DNA of 64,000 nt, taken from assembly GCA_002189035.1 (NCBI GenBank), contig CM007989.1, positions 8,370,001 to 8,434,000 of the forward strand, in the 5' to 3' direction. Both the position numbers and the translations under genes were made by a program. The notes under the pieces are model-generated. The model was given only the letters and a program-made list of their open reading frames with translations, searched no databases and had not been told where the DNA came from. Source of the stretch: Utricularia gibba (taxonomy: Eukaryota; Plantae; Magnoliophyta). Of this stretch, positions 21,699 through 33,519 are shown one piece after another. Each line of letters starts with the position of its first letter. The stretch's first letter is position 1.

Positions 21699-24572
21699 AT
21701 GTTCTATTCCAAGCTTCAGACACAAATCTCTAGTTCCATTTCCGTTCCCCACGGGGCTTCTTCATTTCCGCATACCCGTAGGTTTAGATCCATAATCTGC
21801 ACGTTTATCAACTATTCTAGGTGCTTTTCTGCAACCCCGCTTCGCGAATTGCTTGAATATGGAGGTTTTCCGGCCAAGATATCGCCTTTTCTTTCATCTA
21901 CAAGCTTTCGTCGCGAACCAGGTGACCGCATTTCTTATGCGTGCAACCTGTTTGAGAATATGCCTCAGCGAAGATACCTGCAGTGTGAATGGAATGGCTC
22001 CTGGGATTTATTCAAGATTTTTCAATATGTTAAAGAGGAGGCAACAAAAACTGGTGCTGCGATTGTGCACGCCTTGGCGCTGAAACAAGGCGCTTTGCTC
22101 AATTTGCGCGTGGCTACATCTCTTGTCACTGTATATTCAAGATGTGGAAAGCTTGAATCCGCACTGGATTTTTTCAACGAGGTTCTTATCAAAGATGTGG
22201 TGTTTTGGAACGCAATGATGAGTGCTTGTTCGGAGAACAAGTCTTTCCGGAGCACAACTACTCTATTCAGTGAGATGGTTGGCAAAGGGAATGCATTTGA
22301 TTCTACATCTCTGCTTATTTTAATTTCAGCGTTTTCAAATATGAAAAACCTTTCACAGGGTAAAGTTGTTCACGGATTGAGTATTAAAGCGAGGATGCTT
22401 TCTGATATAAAACTGAGTAATGCCGTGATCAATATGTATGCAAAATGTGGTGAGTTGAGATCATCAGTCTGGTTCTTTGAGGAAGTCGAATGTAAGGATT
22501 CAGATACATGGAACTCGATAATAAACGCTTACTTCTTTAACGGACGCCCTGAGCAGTCACTGTGCTACTTCAGATGGATGGCTTACTGCAATTATCAACC
22601 TGATGATATGAGCATTTCTTGCTCCATTGCTGCTTGTTCAGCATTGCAAGTGTTTGAAGTCGGTGTTACTATGCATGGGTGGAGTATCAAGACGGGGTAT
22701 GCAGTGGAAAACACTATTTCCGTGGGCAATTCTCTTATTTCATTCTATTCTCATCTCAGGGATATCAACTCAGCAGTAAGCATATTCAAGGCAATGGAGA
22801 CCAAGAATGATGTTTCGTGGAACGCCATCATTAAGGGCTATTTTCTTAATGGAGAATCTACAAAGGCATTTTCTTGTCTACGTAATATGCAGTTTGTCGC
22901 ATCAATACAGCCCAATCTTGCAACCGTGCTTACTACTCTTCCATTCTGTGCTGAGTTATTGCTGGTGAAGGAGGGGAAAGCTATTCATGGCTTTGTCCTA
23001 CGGATGCAGATGTCTCAAGACTTATCAGTTCGCAATAGTCTGACGAATATGTATGCAAAGTGCAACCTTTTGAAAGAAGCCGAGTACTTGTTCTTCACAA
23101 CACCAAATAAAGACTTGATTTCATGGAACACCATGGTCTTTGGATATGCTCACGGTGGTATGTCTTTGGATGCTATCCAATTATTCAAGAAACTGCTGTA
23201 TTGCAACTCAGCATGTTCCTTGGCAACGCTGTTAGCTATTACTCCAGCATGTGATTCTCCATATTTGTATCAGTTAGCAAAATCTATTCATGGTTGGAGT
23301 ATTAAGTCTGGATTTTCGCAAAAACTTTTCGGTTTGAATTCCTTGATGGACATGTATATCAGTTGTGGATCTCTTTCAGATGCTTTTACATTGCTCTTTA
23401 GCAACCCTGTTTGTACTGATGTTACTAGCTGGAACACAATACTCTCTGGCTGCACTCAGAAAGGCTATTTTCTGGATGCCTTGCGTTGTTTCGACTTTAT
23501 GAGGACGACATCCAGAGAGCACTGTGATTCTGTAACTATCATGAGTGTGCTGTTAGCTTGTGGTCATCTTGGATTAGGAGATCAAGGAAAGGTTATTCAT
23601 GGCCTCGCTCTTAAAACCGGAAATGTCATCGATATACATGTGCAGAATACGCTGGTGACTATGTATGGCAGACTTGGTGATACTGAGAGCGCAACATTAG
23701 CTTTCAACCTTGGTCATGATGGGAATCTTTGCTCGTGGAATTGTGTACTGTCTGCTCTTTCCCAGAATGAGGACGCTAGAAAAGCACTGGAACTATTTCG
23801 GTTCCTTGAATTCGAGCCAAATGAGACAACTTTTTCAACTATTCTTTCAGCCTGTGCGCAGCTCGGTGCCATCACTCTTGGAAAACAAATTCATGGACAA
23901 GTGTTCAGGTTATGTTTTGACAAGAATCCCTTCATATCGGCTGCACTCGTGGACATGTACAGCAACAGTGGACGGCTGGATGTTGCCGAAAAGGTTTTTA
24001 GAAACACACAAGAGAAGTCAGTTTCAGCCTGGAACTCCTTGGTGTCTGCCTATGGCTTCCATGGCTTTGGCGACAAAGCTATCCAGGCATTCGAAGAAAT
24101 GACTCGGATCGGGATCCACCCCACAGACAGCTCATTCACAAGCCTTATTTCATCTTGCAGCCACACAGGGCTGGTGGACACAGGGTTACTGTATTATGAT
24201 GTCATGCTCGAGAAGTTTAAAATGCGCCCTGCTATCGAACATCAAGTATGTGTTGTCCACATGTTGGGCCGGTCAGGTAGGCTCAGTGAAGCTCGTGAGT
24301 TCATCAAGAACTTGACGAGTGAACCAGATCCCGGCGTGTGGGGAGCTCTTCTGAGCAGTTGCAGCTTAAATGGGGATCTTGAGATGGGGAAAGAAGTAGC
24401 AGAAATCTTGTTCAAGTTGGAACCAGAGAATGTGAGTTACTATGTTACCTTGTGTAATATGTACATCGCTGCAGGAAGATGGGAGGAAGCTGTGGGAGTG
24501 AGAAATGCGATTCACAGCAAACAAGTCAAGAAACAAGTAGGCTACAGTATGATTGATACGGGATGCAGATGA
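21699..24572 (+). CDS. PLS-class PPR protein with E domain (At4g19220-like organellar editing factor)
   Basis: Intronless P-L-S triplets and an E domain (VWGALLSSCSLNGDLEMGKEVAEILFKLEP...KKQVGYSMID); no DYW. First ATG at 21699; the ORF track starts at GTG 21687. Confidence 0.95.
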   Translation: MFYSKLQTQISSSISVPHGASSFPHTRRFRSIICTFINYSRCFSATPLRELLEYGGFPAKISPFLSSTSFRREPGDRISYACNLFENMPQRRYLQCEWNGSWDLFKIFQYVKEEATKTGAAIVHALALKQGALLNLRVATSLVTVYSRCGKLESALDFFNEVLIKDVVFWNAMMSACSENKSFRSTTTLFSEMVGKGNAFDSTSLLILISAFSNMKNLSQGKVVHGLSIKARMLSDIKLSNAVINMYAKCGELRSSVWFFEEVECKDSDTWNSIINAYFFNGRPEQSLCYFRWMAYCNYQPDDMSISCSIAACSALQVFEVGVTMHGWSIKTGYAVENTISVGNSLISFYSHLRDINSAVSIFKAMETKNDVSWNAIIKGYFLNGESTKAFSCLRNMQFVASIQPNLATVLTTLPFCAELLLVKEGKAIHGFVLRMQMSQDLSVRNSLTNMYAKCNLLKEAEYLFFTTPNKDLISWNTMVFGYAHGGMSLDAIQLFKKLLYCNSACSLATLLAITPACDSPYLYQLAKSIHGWSIKSGFSQKLFGLNSLMDMYISCGSLSDAFTLLFSNPVCTDVTSWNTILSGCTQKGYFLDALRCFDFMRTTSREHCDSVTIMSVLLACGHLGLGDQGKVIHGLALKTGNVIDIHVQNTLVTMYGRLGDTESATLAFNLGHDGNLCSWNCVLSALSQNEDARKALELFRFLEFEPNETTFSTILSACAQLGAITLGKQIHGQVFRLCFDKNPFISAALVDMYSNSGRLDVAEKVFRNTQEKSVSAWNSLVSAYGFHGFGDKAIQAFEEMTRIGIHPTDSSFTSLISSCSHTGLVDTGLLYYDVMLEKFKMRPAIEHQVCVVHMLGRSGRLSEAREFIKNLTSEPDPGVWGALLSSCSLNGDLEMGKEVAEILFKLEPENVSYYVTLCNMYIAAGRWEEAVGVRNAIHSKQVKKQVGYSMIDTGCR

Positions 24573-24774
24573 AATTTTGTACTAGAAGGCCCGATTCAGG
24601 GTATGTTTTAATGGAGAACCACCAACGGTTAATCTGTATATGCTTGCCTAAAGGGCAAGTCCAATATCATTCATAACTAACTGGAATTCACCCTTGAAGG
24701 ATACTCAAGAATGAACCCGAGTTATTCACACAGGTCTGAGTAGATAATAGTGACTCTTCTGTAGATCCTCATCA

Positions 24775-25423
24775 TCACTTCCACTTCTTGAATTTTCCTC
24801 CAAACATTCCGTGCTTCCCACCCTTGTGCTTTCCGAACTTACCATGCTTGAACTTGCCGTGCTTTCCATGGCCATAGTGGCCGCCCATGCCATGCCCGTA
24901 GCCACCCACGCCGTGGCCGTAGCCCCCCATGCCGTGGCCGTGGTGAGATGCACCATGCGCCATATGATGAGCGCCCATTGCAGCAGCTGCTGCTGCAGCG
25001 CCTCCCGCTATGACTGCGCCTAACGACCCCCCTGAAATGAAAATCTCTCTTTACTTTCGAGGTGAACATAAATATTTACACATGCAAAAGGACTTGCAAT
25101 TTACAAGACCAAGACCATTGGGAAACCAGTCAAGCAAGCACACATACTCAGCAGTTTTATGTAGTAAATCTGGGGGAAAAACCTGCGTGATGTGGAGCAT
25201 GGCCTCCTGGATATGCAGCTGGTGGATATCCCGATGGGGGATAACCGGCCGGTGGGTAACCGTACTGAGGAGGATAGCCTTGTGGAGGGTATCCTGAGGG
25301 TGGATAGCCTTGAGGAGGGTAACCACCAGGATACTGCTGTGGTGGATAACCGCTGTGGTGATGAGAGAACAAGCCCTTGTCAGATTCATCTTCTTTGTGA
25401 TGCTTATCTTTACCACCTCCCAT
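24775..25423 (-). CDS. Glycine-rich protein A3-like (GYPP repeats, His/Gly/Lys tail), 2 exons
   Basis: Exons 25423-25183 and 25031-24775: MGGGKDKHH...(GYPP)n...AAAAAMGAHH...GKFKHGKFGKH...GGKFKKWK. Confidence 0.93.
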
Positions 25424-25570
25424 TTTCTAAACCGAAACTGCACCAGAGAGAAAGGCATCAGGCATTTATCACTCATTTTACAGTAGACACCCGATCACAA
25501 AAAGATCCCAAATAATCCAAAACCCCTGATTCAACTCCTCTCATCGTGTAACCAAATCCAAATCAGCGAA

Positions 25571-25834
25571 ATCAAACAAAAAGTGCCCAGCGATCGAAAC
25601 AGGGGAAAGCATGTCATCTCTGATCAACTTAAAGACACCAGTTTCATTAAAACCGCGATCACTCACCATGAACCATACAAAAAAAGAAGGAAACTTTAGC
25701 AACATCAAGCAAAAAGTGCCCAGCGATCGAAACAGGGGAAAACATGGGTCATCCCTTATCATCTCAAAGACATCAATTTCATTAAAACCACGCTCATTCA
25801 TCATGAACCATACAAAAAACGAAGGAAACTTTAG
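25571..25834. repeat. Tandem duplication, period ~133 bp, upstream of the glycine-rich gene (probable 5' UTR intron)
   Basis: CAAAAAGTGCCCAGCGATCGAAACAGGGGAAA...CATGAACCATACAAAAAA.GAAGGAAACTTTAG is present twice. Confidence 0.9.
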
Positions 25835-26291
25835 GGAACAGTTCCAGCGAACCCAGAAAAGTAGCGCAGGAAAAACCGAACAAAATACCTTTGAACTGAT
25901 TCGAAGGTTATGCTTCCGATCCAGAACTGAATCGGGACAACGACCAAATATATGGATTGCCAACACTGGGGCCCACCTCTTTGATTCTACGCGTTTCTTG
26001 GGCGCGTAGTACACGCGTCACGACTTTCATTCCGTCCGCGCCAAATCCCAAACCTAAACGCCGTTGAGATTCCGTTTTCTTTCTTTATTTATTTTTTAGA
26101 AGGAATAGTCGTAAAATAACACCAACAACGCAACTGTTTGCTTTCTATTCCGCCCAGAAGACCAAGAGATGATCACGAGCATAAAAACATGTTAGCGAAC
26201 AGAGTCTTCCTAGAGACTACCTAAAGACACCGGACATCTGCCTCAATCCCCATTGCCTCGAAGCCATCCAATAAGCATGGCTCCGCTTGCT

Positions 26292-27354
26292 CTATATGCG
26301 GCGCTTCTTTGGAAGACGACACCCGTTGTGCGGTTTGCGGGTCGTGTCCTCCAGGTACACGACGGGGTTCCTGTCTCCCCTCGAGTTGGTGAACCCATCT
26401 TTGAAGGCCAGGATCGCTTCCTTCTTTCTCCTGAACAAACACTTCCCACTGACTTTAACCACCACTGATCTAGTCTTCATCTGCCTCACTCGACGTCCTA
26501 TGTCCTCGGCAGCTGCCTCCCCCGAGTATCTTGTGAGTTTGCCTCCTTTGCCAGCCAACTTCCCGGCGGAAACCCCCACCTTTTTGTTGCCTTGAGCATC
26601 AGTCAGTGTCACGAAAGCATTGTTGCGCAAGAGCTTTATGTGGACTACATCAGCATTCGTCTCAAGAGGAGGTCGATTGAACATTGGCCCTCCTCCAGGT
26701 AGACCGGGCATACTTTCCCGGGGTAATCCCAGTGAATATGTCATGTTTCCGGGAGACCTTCCTGCAACATCCCTGGCCAGTTCACCAGAGTGGATGGAAC
26801 GCCAGAAGCTCAATGCCATAGTTCCAGTGAATTTTGGGTAAGAAACAGAGTCAGTACATGGCCCAATCCTAGGGTCCTTGGGACCTGCAGCTGCAAACGG
26901 AGAACACATGAGAATAATTCAAATAACCATTTTGGGCTTTATAAATCAGGAAAACACAGCTCGACTGAACTGATCTTTGTAAACAGGAGAAACATTAAGC
27001 CCCGGCTTTTTGCATACTCTGATGCGTTGAAGGAAGAAGATGACCATTTTATGCATATAATCAATCCCTCCAAAAAATACCTCGACAGCAGGCAGCCCCA
27101 AGAACAAAACACCCATGACATACAAGCCCCAAAACGCTCACCCATCAACAGAGGTGACAATAAGACGCCAGTATAACAACAAAAATCGATATAATCCACC
27201 ACTCTCGATAAATGAACTCCAAGAACACAAGAATAAGCAACCGACCACAAATTAAACGAGTCGTGGACGACAACCCAGATCCTGCATCGCCGGCCACAGC
27301 CCGCCCGATCAACCCGAGTCGAGAGGCAGAGCTGAGAAGAGATCTGCGGAGCAT
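26292..27354 (-). CDS. RPS11: Nuclear-encoded mitochondrial ribosomal protein S11
   Basis: S11 domain DVVHIKLLRNNAFVTLTDAQGN...YSGEAAAEDIGR...DTTRKPHNGCRLPKKRRI. An upstream presequence-like exon MLRRSLLSSASRLGL starts at 27354; the splice junction is inferred. Confidence 0.88.
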
Positions 27355-28053
27355 GCTGCCCGGATTTCCAACGCCGAGCTTGGAATTGATGTCCGTAACC
27401 TAAACTCTTGTTGAACTCCCCACGGGCCGAGGCCCAACAAATACCTATCCCCTAAGAGTTGGGCCCAGAACATGCTCCATTATTTATTTGCGCAGTGCAT
27501 TGTTCCTCGAGCAGGATCGAAACTGATGGTTGAAAGAACCAACAAATGACTCGAAGCTTGCAGTAAATCAGGGTACCCCCCAGGGGAGTAATTGAAAGAA
27601 CAAACTGCAGACGAGCAACAGTTGAATAGGCAACAGAAATTGCCAGTCACACACTGAACATCAACTTATCCAACATTCCTAGAAGCTTGGCCCAACACAT
27701 TTCATGCGCTGCTGACACAAGATGCTCATTTGCCAGAAGAAACTGTGGTATTTCGTGAAGCAGACAGACAGAGACCATGCGTTTATGGATATGTGGTCGA
27801 AGGTGAATGCAGAGGGAGAAACACAGGAAACTGCAACCCCACAGATTGTTGAACAAGGAAACAAAGAAGATGAAGGTGGCAACAGAAACCAGGAAGAGCA
27901 GGATACAACGCGATTATTCAGGACATGGGAATCAAGTTTACAGGAAACACAAGTTTGCAGCAAACAAATACAAATCGAAAACCATGGATATTTTATTCGA
28001 GAAACGAGCAAAAAGCAAGAGCTCTCCCGAGATAGACCTGGATGTTGGAATGA

Positions 28054-29285
28054 TCAGCTAGAATTTGGAAACTCACCGTTCTGTGAGTAGGCACTCCCTG
28101 AAGAGAAGTCAGAGGAACCCCTGGGAATCGAGATGGACAGTTGAGTTGAGGAGAAGATGTTCTTTTCAGTCCCATCCACGGACCAAGATGATTCTTTCAT
28201 GCTCGGCCACTCATTGAAGAAAGGATGAACGGCGTGCTGCTCTTGCTTTCCGGGGCCGATATCATTTCCCAGAAAGCAGTGATGCTGCCTCTGTTTGGTA
28301 TCCACGGGGTCGAAAGCATGGGCCAGGTTCTGGTGCGTGGAGTTGGAGCTTTGCAACAAGGAATCGGCTTCTGGTTTCAGTAACGAAGTCGAAGACACTT
28401 GAGATGGCATCAGCCTCCAAGAGTTGGTTCCAGCACCAGAAGAGGTCTCCGAAGGGAAGGTGTGATCATCGGTTTCAGAACCCAGCCCTGGATTGTACCT
28501 GCAGACCAAGGCATCCCCATAAGCTCAGACGCCGCATGCCGAGTGCTCAAACTGAGAAACCAGAGGCAACAACACGAAAACAACACCTTAATTCTTTGTT
28601 ATCAATCCCATATGGGAGATTAGCCATCTGGAGCTTCGACAATCTGCCCCCGTAAGAGGATCCATCAGAACAACCTGAGGAATACAAGGCCATGTTTTGA
28701 AAGCTGCTGCTGCCACCAATTTGGAGGCTTATTGTGTTAGTAGCAGAACCGCTAGAGATCTGAGTCATTGCAGTAGGCAACGGCTGGGACGTAGATTGAG
28801 ATTCCACAGGCTTTCTTGAACGGTTGCGACCACGATGCATATGCCGCTCGCAATACTTTGAGTCCGGATGTGCATCTTTTGAACATCTCCACTTCTTCCC
28901 ATCCGTCCTTCGGCATCTCCCAGGCTCAGGATCAAACTTCTTCCCGTAATACGAGACATAACCCACTGCATAAATAAACAAAAGATTAAAGTAGGTGCAA
29001 TGTACAGCATCAGGAAAAATGGCATAGAAACCAAGCACGAACACACAGGGATAGATGAGTACATGAAGGATGGTGGAAGAGGCGTGCAGAAATGGCATCG
29101 AAACTGTGGCGAATGGGCATAACAAGATCTGGAGGCACAGGCACACCAGCTACCAGGTACTTGAATATCATGGCTTGGTGCTCCAGCTCCTGCCATTGCC
29201 CTGCAGTGAAAGGTGGTCGATAACCACCATACCCTCCATCTCGACCGCTTCCAATTGCCAAGGAAGTAGACGCAGTCTCACTCAT
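28054..29285 (-). CDS. GRF: Growth-regulating factor, copy A (QLQ, WRC, FFD and TQL motifs)
   Basis: [20 protein letters not shown]; [44 protein letters not shown]; HPFFNEWP; [10 protein letters not shown] final mini-exon after a donor at ~28077 is possible. Confidence 0.96.
28802..28823 (-). promoter_or_regulatory. miR396 target site in GRF copy A
   Basis: mRNA CCGTTCAAGAAAGCCTGTGGAA within the WRC-coding RSRKPVE. Confidence 0.93.
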
Positions 29286-29798
29286 TTGCGCCGCTTTGTA
29301 AATGCAAAACCGCCTTCAGCAAGATCCAGAACCTCTTTCACCTTAACCGGGTCCTCATTTCATTTTCTTTTAATCTGCGTTCATGACCTACACAAAAAGG
29401 TCAGAAGTCTAAACCCCTTTCCGAGAGCTTGGAAACATTCATTCATTACACGGGTTTGCTCTGCAACCATAGATTTTCCGATGCTAAGATTCGTGATATT
29501 CTCTCATTTTTTAAAAAATTTGAACCGAAACGATACAGAAAATTTACTCAACATAAAATATGCTGACAGCAGCAGCAGGCCATATACATTATTTCAAAAG
29601 AGCTCAAGTTGCAATCTTTGTTTTTCACCTCATAGAAGAACAGTTGTTGGACTAGCGAGAAGAACCCATAGAGAGGAAACAGCCCATAAACATCCAAACG
29701 CACAAGAGGTGCAGCCAAGATTTTTTCTTTTTTTTTTTAAATGCTGGTTTCAGACAAAACAAAATAGCATAGCTAAGAGAAAGAGCCTCGACAACTCT

Positions 29799-30017
29799 TC
29801 ATCCACCATCCACACACAGAGAACGCAGATCTAGGGCTTCTCCAAACATGGAGGACAAACTTCCTATAGAATAAAGACGAGGAAATAAAAGAAGGTTGAT
29901 GTCCCCTCAAAAAAAAAGATGCAATCTTTCAAGTACCCCGAAACCATCTGAAGTCAATAGATAAGAGTTGAGCGACTGTTTCTTAAAACTTGAAAAACTT
30001 ACTTGGGCATCAGCCAT
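29799..30017 (-). promoter_or_regulatory. GRF-A spliced 5' leader with upstream AUGs (uORFs MADAQ|EVCPPCLEKP* and MFGEALDLRSLCVDGG*)
   Basis: ATGs at 30017, 30010 and 29849; intron 30002-29864 (GTAAGT...CTATAG). Homologous to the copy B leader. Confidence 0.6.
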
Positions 30018-30514
30018 TTGTTCGGCGACTGGCGGTAGGGAAAATCTCACAGATATCCCGGTTTATGAAGAAAGTCTCGGAGAGCTTTAGTGAACCAGGA
30101 AGAAGAAGAAGATGCTTGTTCCCCAATGTGCTGGCTGCTCAGATCAAGAGGGGTATATAATAATAAATAATAATACTAACAAACCCTCCATTTTTTTTTC
30201 TTGCATCGGACTCATACACAGAATCGTACCCAAGAGACACTCGGCAAGTTATGGAGAGTGACAGATCTTAGGAGCAATGCCATGTTCACCTCTTTAAAAG
30301 ATTCCCAATTTTCGGCTTCATACAACAACACACGAATGTTTGTTCATACAACTGGCTACCCACATACTCTACACACAATCAACTTGGTAGTATCAAAAAC
30401 TCGACCCCCGGATCCAGATCAATATGTGTTGGTGTTTACCCACTCGGGAGTTGTAAAAAATGCTCCTAAAGATACAGTATCGAGGATGGGCTTAGCTTCT
30501 GGATGTGGAGTGCT

Positions 30515-30768
30515 TCTTAGGAGGGGCATGGATGGGTTGTGGGAGGCAGATTGGTTGGGTGTGGTCACGGAGAGAGCGTCATTATGTGTCTGGAGCTCGT
30601 GGTGGTCCCCTGATGTTTACGCATCATGTAATAACACGATGAACAACAACTAGATCTCCATGAATTTTCTTCGAGATATTAACTTCAGAAATAAAAAAAG
30701 AAACAAACACTTGCAAGAAACTGTCTTCAAGTTGAAAAGATTCCAAGTGTGGAGAAAAAGACCAACTT
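30515..30768 (-). promoter_or_regulatory. Conserved non-coding blocks upstream of GRF-A (TCP site GTGGTCCC 30602-30609, CCAAT box)
   Basis: Shared with 33520-33766 upstream of GRF-B. Confidence 0.65.
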
Positions 30769-31178
30769 GCATCACATAAAGAGACACCAAGGCATCAATG
30801 TTCCTTTCTTTTTTCACCTCATCCCCCCTCTTGCCCCCTCCAAGGCAGTCTCCCCGACATGATTTTGAGCTGTTCACTTTCGTTCTGTTGTTTTTCTTTT
30901 TTCAGATACTTTACATTGAAAAAATCACAAAATGGTAATGTATTATCTCCAAATCCGACCGCATAGTCGATCCGCCCCGTTCCACAACATTTATAAGCAA
31001 AAACACATCAGAATAGGGAGCAAAACAGAGTCACTGACAGGAACGGTCACAGATATTCTTTTGTGATCGAACTTGCATTTGCAATTGCACTTCCAAGTTA
31101 AAATGGCAAGAGAACTACACGAATGTTTGATGAGGAAAGAAACAAAAGATCCCTTGAGATGAAATAAGAAGGATGGTG

Positions 31179-32541
31179 TCACTTGGAGCTGGGCATGTCA
31201 CCATTCTCTGAAGAAAAATCGGAAGAGTCTCTAGGAGTGGAGATGGAGAGCTGAGTTGAGGAGAATATGTTCTTGCCCGTTGCATCCTCCACGTCCATGG
31301 ACCACGATTTTTTCGTAGTAGGCCACTCCCTGAAGAAGGGATGAACAGGCTGCGGCTCTTTCTTTCCAGAGAGGATATCGTTTTGTAGGAAGCAATGCTG
31401 CGGCCTCTGTTTTGAATCCATGGTGTCAAAAGCATGAGCCATGTTTTGTTCATTCAATAAGTCGCCATTTCGCAACATAGAATCAGATTTCGGCTTCAGC
31501 AATGAGGTTGAAGATGCGTGAGATGTCATGAGCCTCCATGAGTTGGCCCCTGCACCGAAGCCCGCACCAAGGGACCCAACAGCAGAAGAAGGCCCCGAAG
31601 CAAATATATGATCATCGGCATCAGGAGACAACCCAGGAATGTACCTGCATCAAGGTAAAAAAATATATATATACAGAGAATCAACTGTAACATCTGCGAA
31701 CAAGTTAACAGTTCGATCACGAATGCAACAAGAAAAGCACCTCAGTTCTTTGGCAGCAGTCCCAAAAGAGATGTTTTCCATCTGGAGCTTCGACATACTG
31801 CCTCCACCTTCAGAACAACCTACTGAGTACAGGGGCATGTTCTGAAAGCTTCCACTGCCACTACCTTGAAAGCTTATTGTGTTAGCAGCAGAGCCACTGG
31901 AAATGTGAGCCGTAGCAGCCGGCAATGACTGGGAAGTAGATTGAGATTCCACAGGCTTTCTTGAACGGTTGCGGCCACGGTGCATGTGCCGCTCACAATA
32001 CTTTGAGTCTGGATGTGCATCCTTTGAACATCTCCACTTCTTTCCATCTGTCCTTCGGCATCTCCCAGGTTCAGGATCAAATTTCTTACCGTAGTATGAA
32101 ACATAATTCACTGCAAATATGAACCAAAAACTTTACAAGATAACAATTAATCTGCACACTGCATTGCAACTTAGAGCACTAAATCAACTCAAGCTTGAAG
32201 ATCAATACATATCCATAGGTTAAAAGAAACCAGTGGGGTGACATTTAGCCAGGATCATAAAAGACAAGCACAGACATAATCACAGTTGAGCATTTTTCAC
32301 AAAGGGATTCATGATTACATGAAGGATGGTGGAAGAGACGTGCAGATATAGCATCGAAACTGTGACGAATGGGCATAACGAGATCTGGTGGGACAGGTAA
32401 ACCAGCTACCAGATACTTGTATATCATGGCTTGGTGCTCCAGCTCCTGCCATTGACCTGCGGTAAAAGGTGGTCGATACCCACCATATACCCCATCTCGA
32501 CCACCGCCTATTGCCAATGAAGTTGACGCAGTCCCGCTCAT
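31179..32541 (-). CDS. GRF: Growth-regulating factor, copy B (tandem paralog of copy A)
   Basis: [44 protein letters not shown]; WRC domain identical to copy A; HPFFREWP; STQLSISTP. Confidence 0.96.
31947..31968 (-). promoter_or_regulatory. miR396 target site in GRF copy B
   Basis: The same 22-nt site as in copy A. Confidence 0.93.
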
Positions 32542-32966
32542 CCTTATCCTTCTATTCCTTATAGATAATAAGCTCCTAAGCAAGAAATATCTGGAATTTC
32601 ATTCACCTTATCACAGCTCGCACTTCTTTGTAACCTGCTGTCATGGTCAACACAACCAATCAGCAAGTTGATAAACACCAAAAGACTATTTTCCAGGAGC
32701 TACCTCTCATTCTATGAGCTAGTTCTGCATTAAGATTCTTATCTGAATCTGAATCTGAATCCAGAACTTGGAAGTCAAATTTTACTTAAGCTAAACTAAG
32801 CACCTAGCAACAGTAGAACAAGCCTATCATTTCCAAAGGGTCATGTTGCATTTTTTTAAACTTCAAAGAAGGGAAAAGCAGTAGCAGAACAAAAAAAAAA
32901 GTGTAGAAACCAGCCCAGCTAATATTATGCGCATCAGAAAGACCTGGCATAAAAAAAATGCTGCTT

Positions 32967-33239
32967 TCAGACAGAACAAAACCCCTTGTAGTTAACAGCA
33001 AGAGAAGGACGTTCTTTATCCACATACAGGGAGCGCAGATCTAGGGTTTGGCCAAACATGGGTGACAAAGTTCCTCGGTGAAGAAAGAAGAGGAAATAAA
33101 AGCCGGTATGCGCTTCCCAGATACATAAAAAGTTGGATATGTGCAGGTAGACTGAAACACTGTGACAATCTGAACCCAATAGAAGTTGAGTGAGAGCCCA
33201 AAAACATAAAAAGTGACACTCACCGGAGGCATTTCCCAT
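32967..33239 (-). promoter_or_regulatory. GRF-B spliced 5' leader with upstream AUGs (uORFs MPP|ELCHPCLAKP* and MFGQTLDLRSLYVDKER...)
   Basis: ATGs at 33239, 33232 and 33059; putative intron 33223-33074 (GTGAGT donor; acceptor is a rarer GAG). Confidence 0.55.
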
Positions 33240-33519
33240 TTCTTTGCTGGCCGACGGTTGAGTAGTTCCAGGGATTCCGTTGTTAGGAAATGAGATGTTT
33301 AATGAAAGGAGGAGGAGACCGGATATGTATGCATACAACTCCAAACTCACCATTTCTTTTCTTCTTGGACACTTTCAAATTACAGAGAAGTGACATGTCT
33401 CAGTCAAGAGCTAAAGTTCTGTGCTTGAAAAATCAACCAATTCTCATACTCTGATATTTATGATCTAAAGTCGACTCCCAAGCTCCAACAAAATGCTCAT
33501 CATTCGCATGGGTGAGTGG

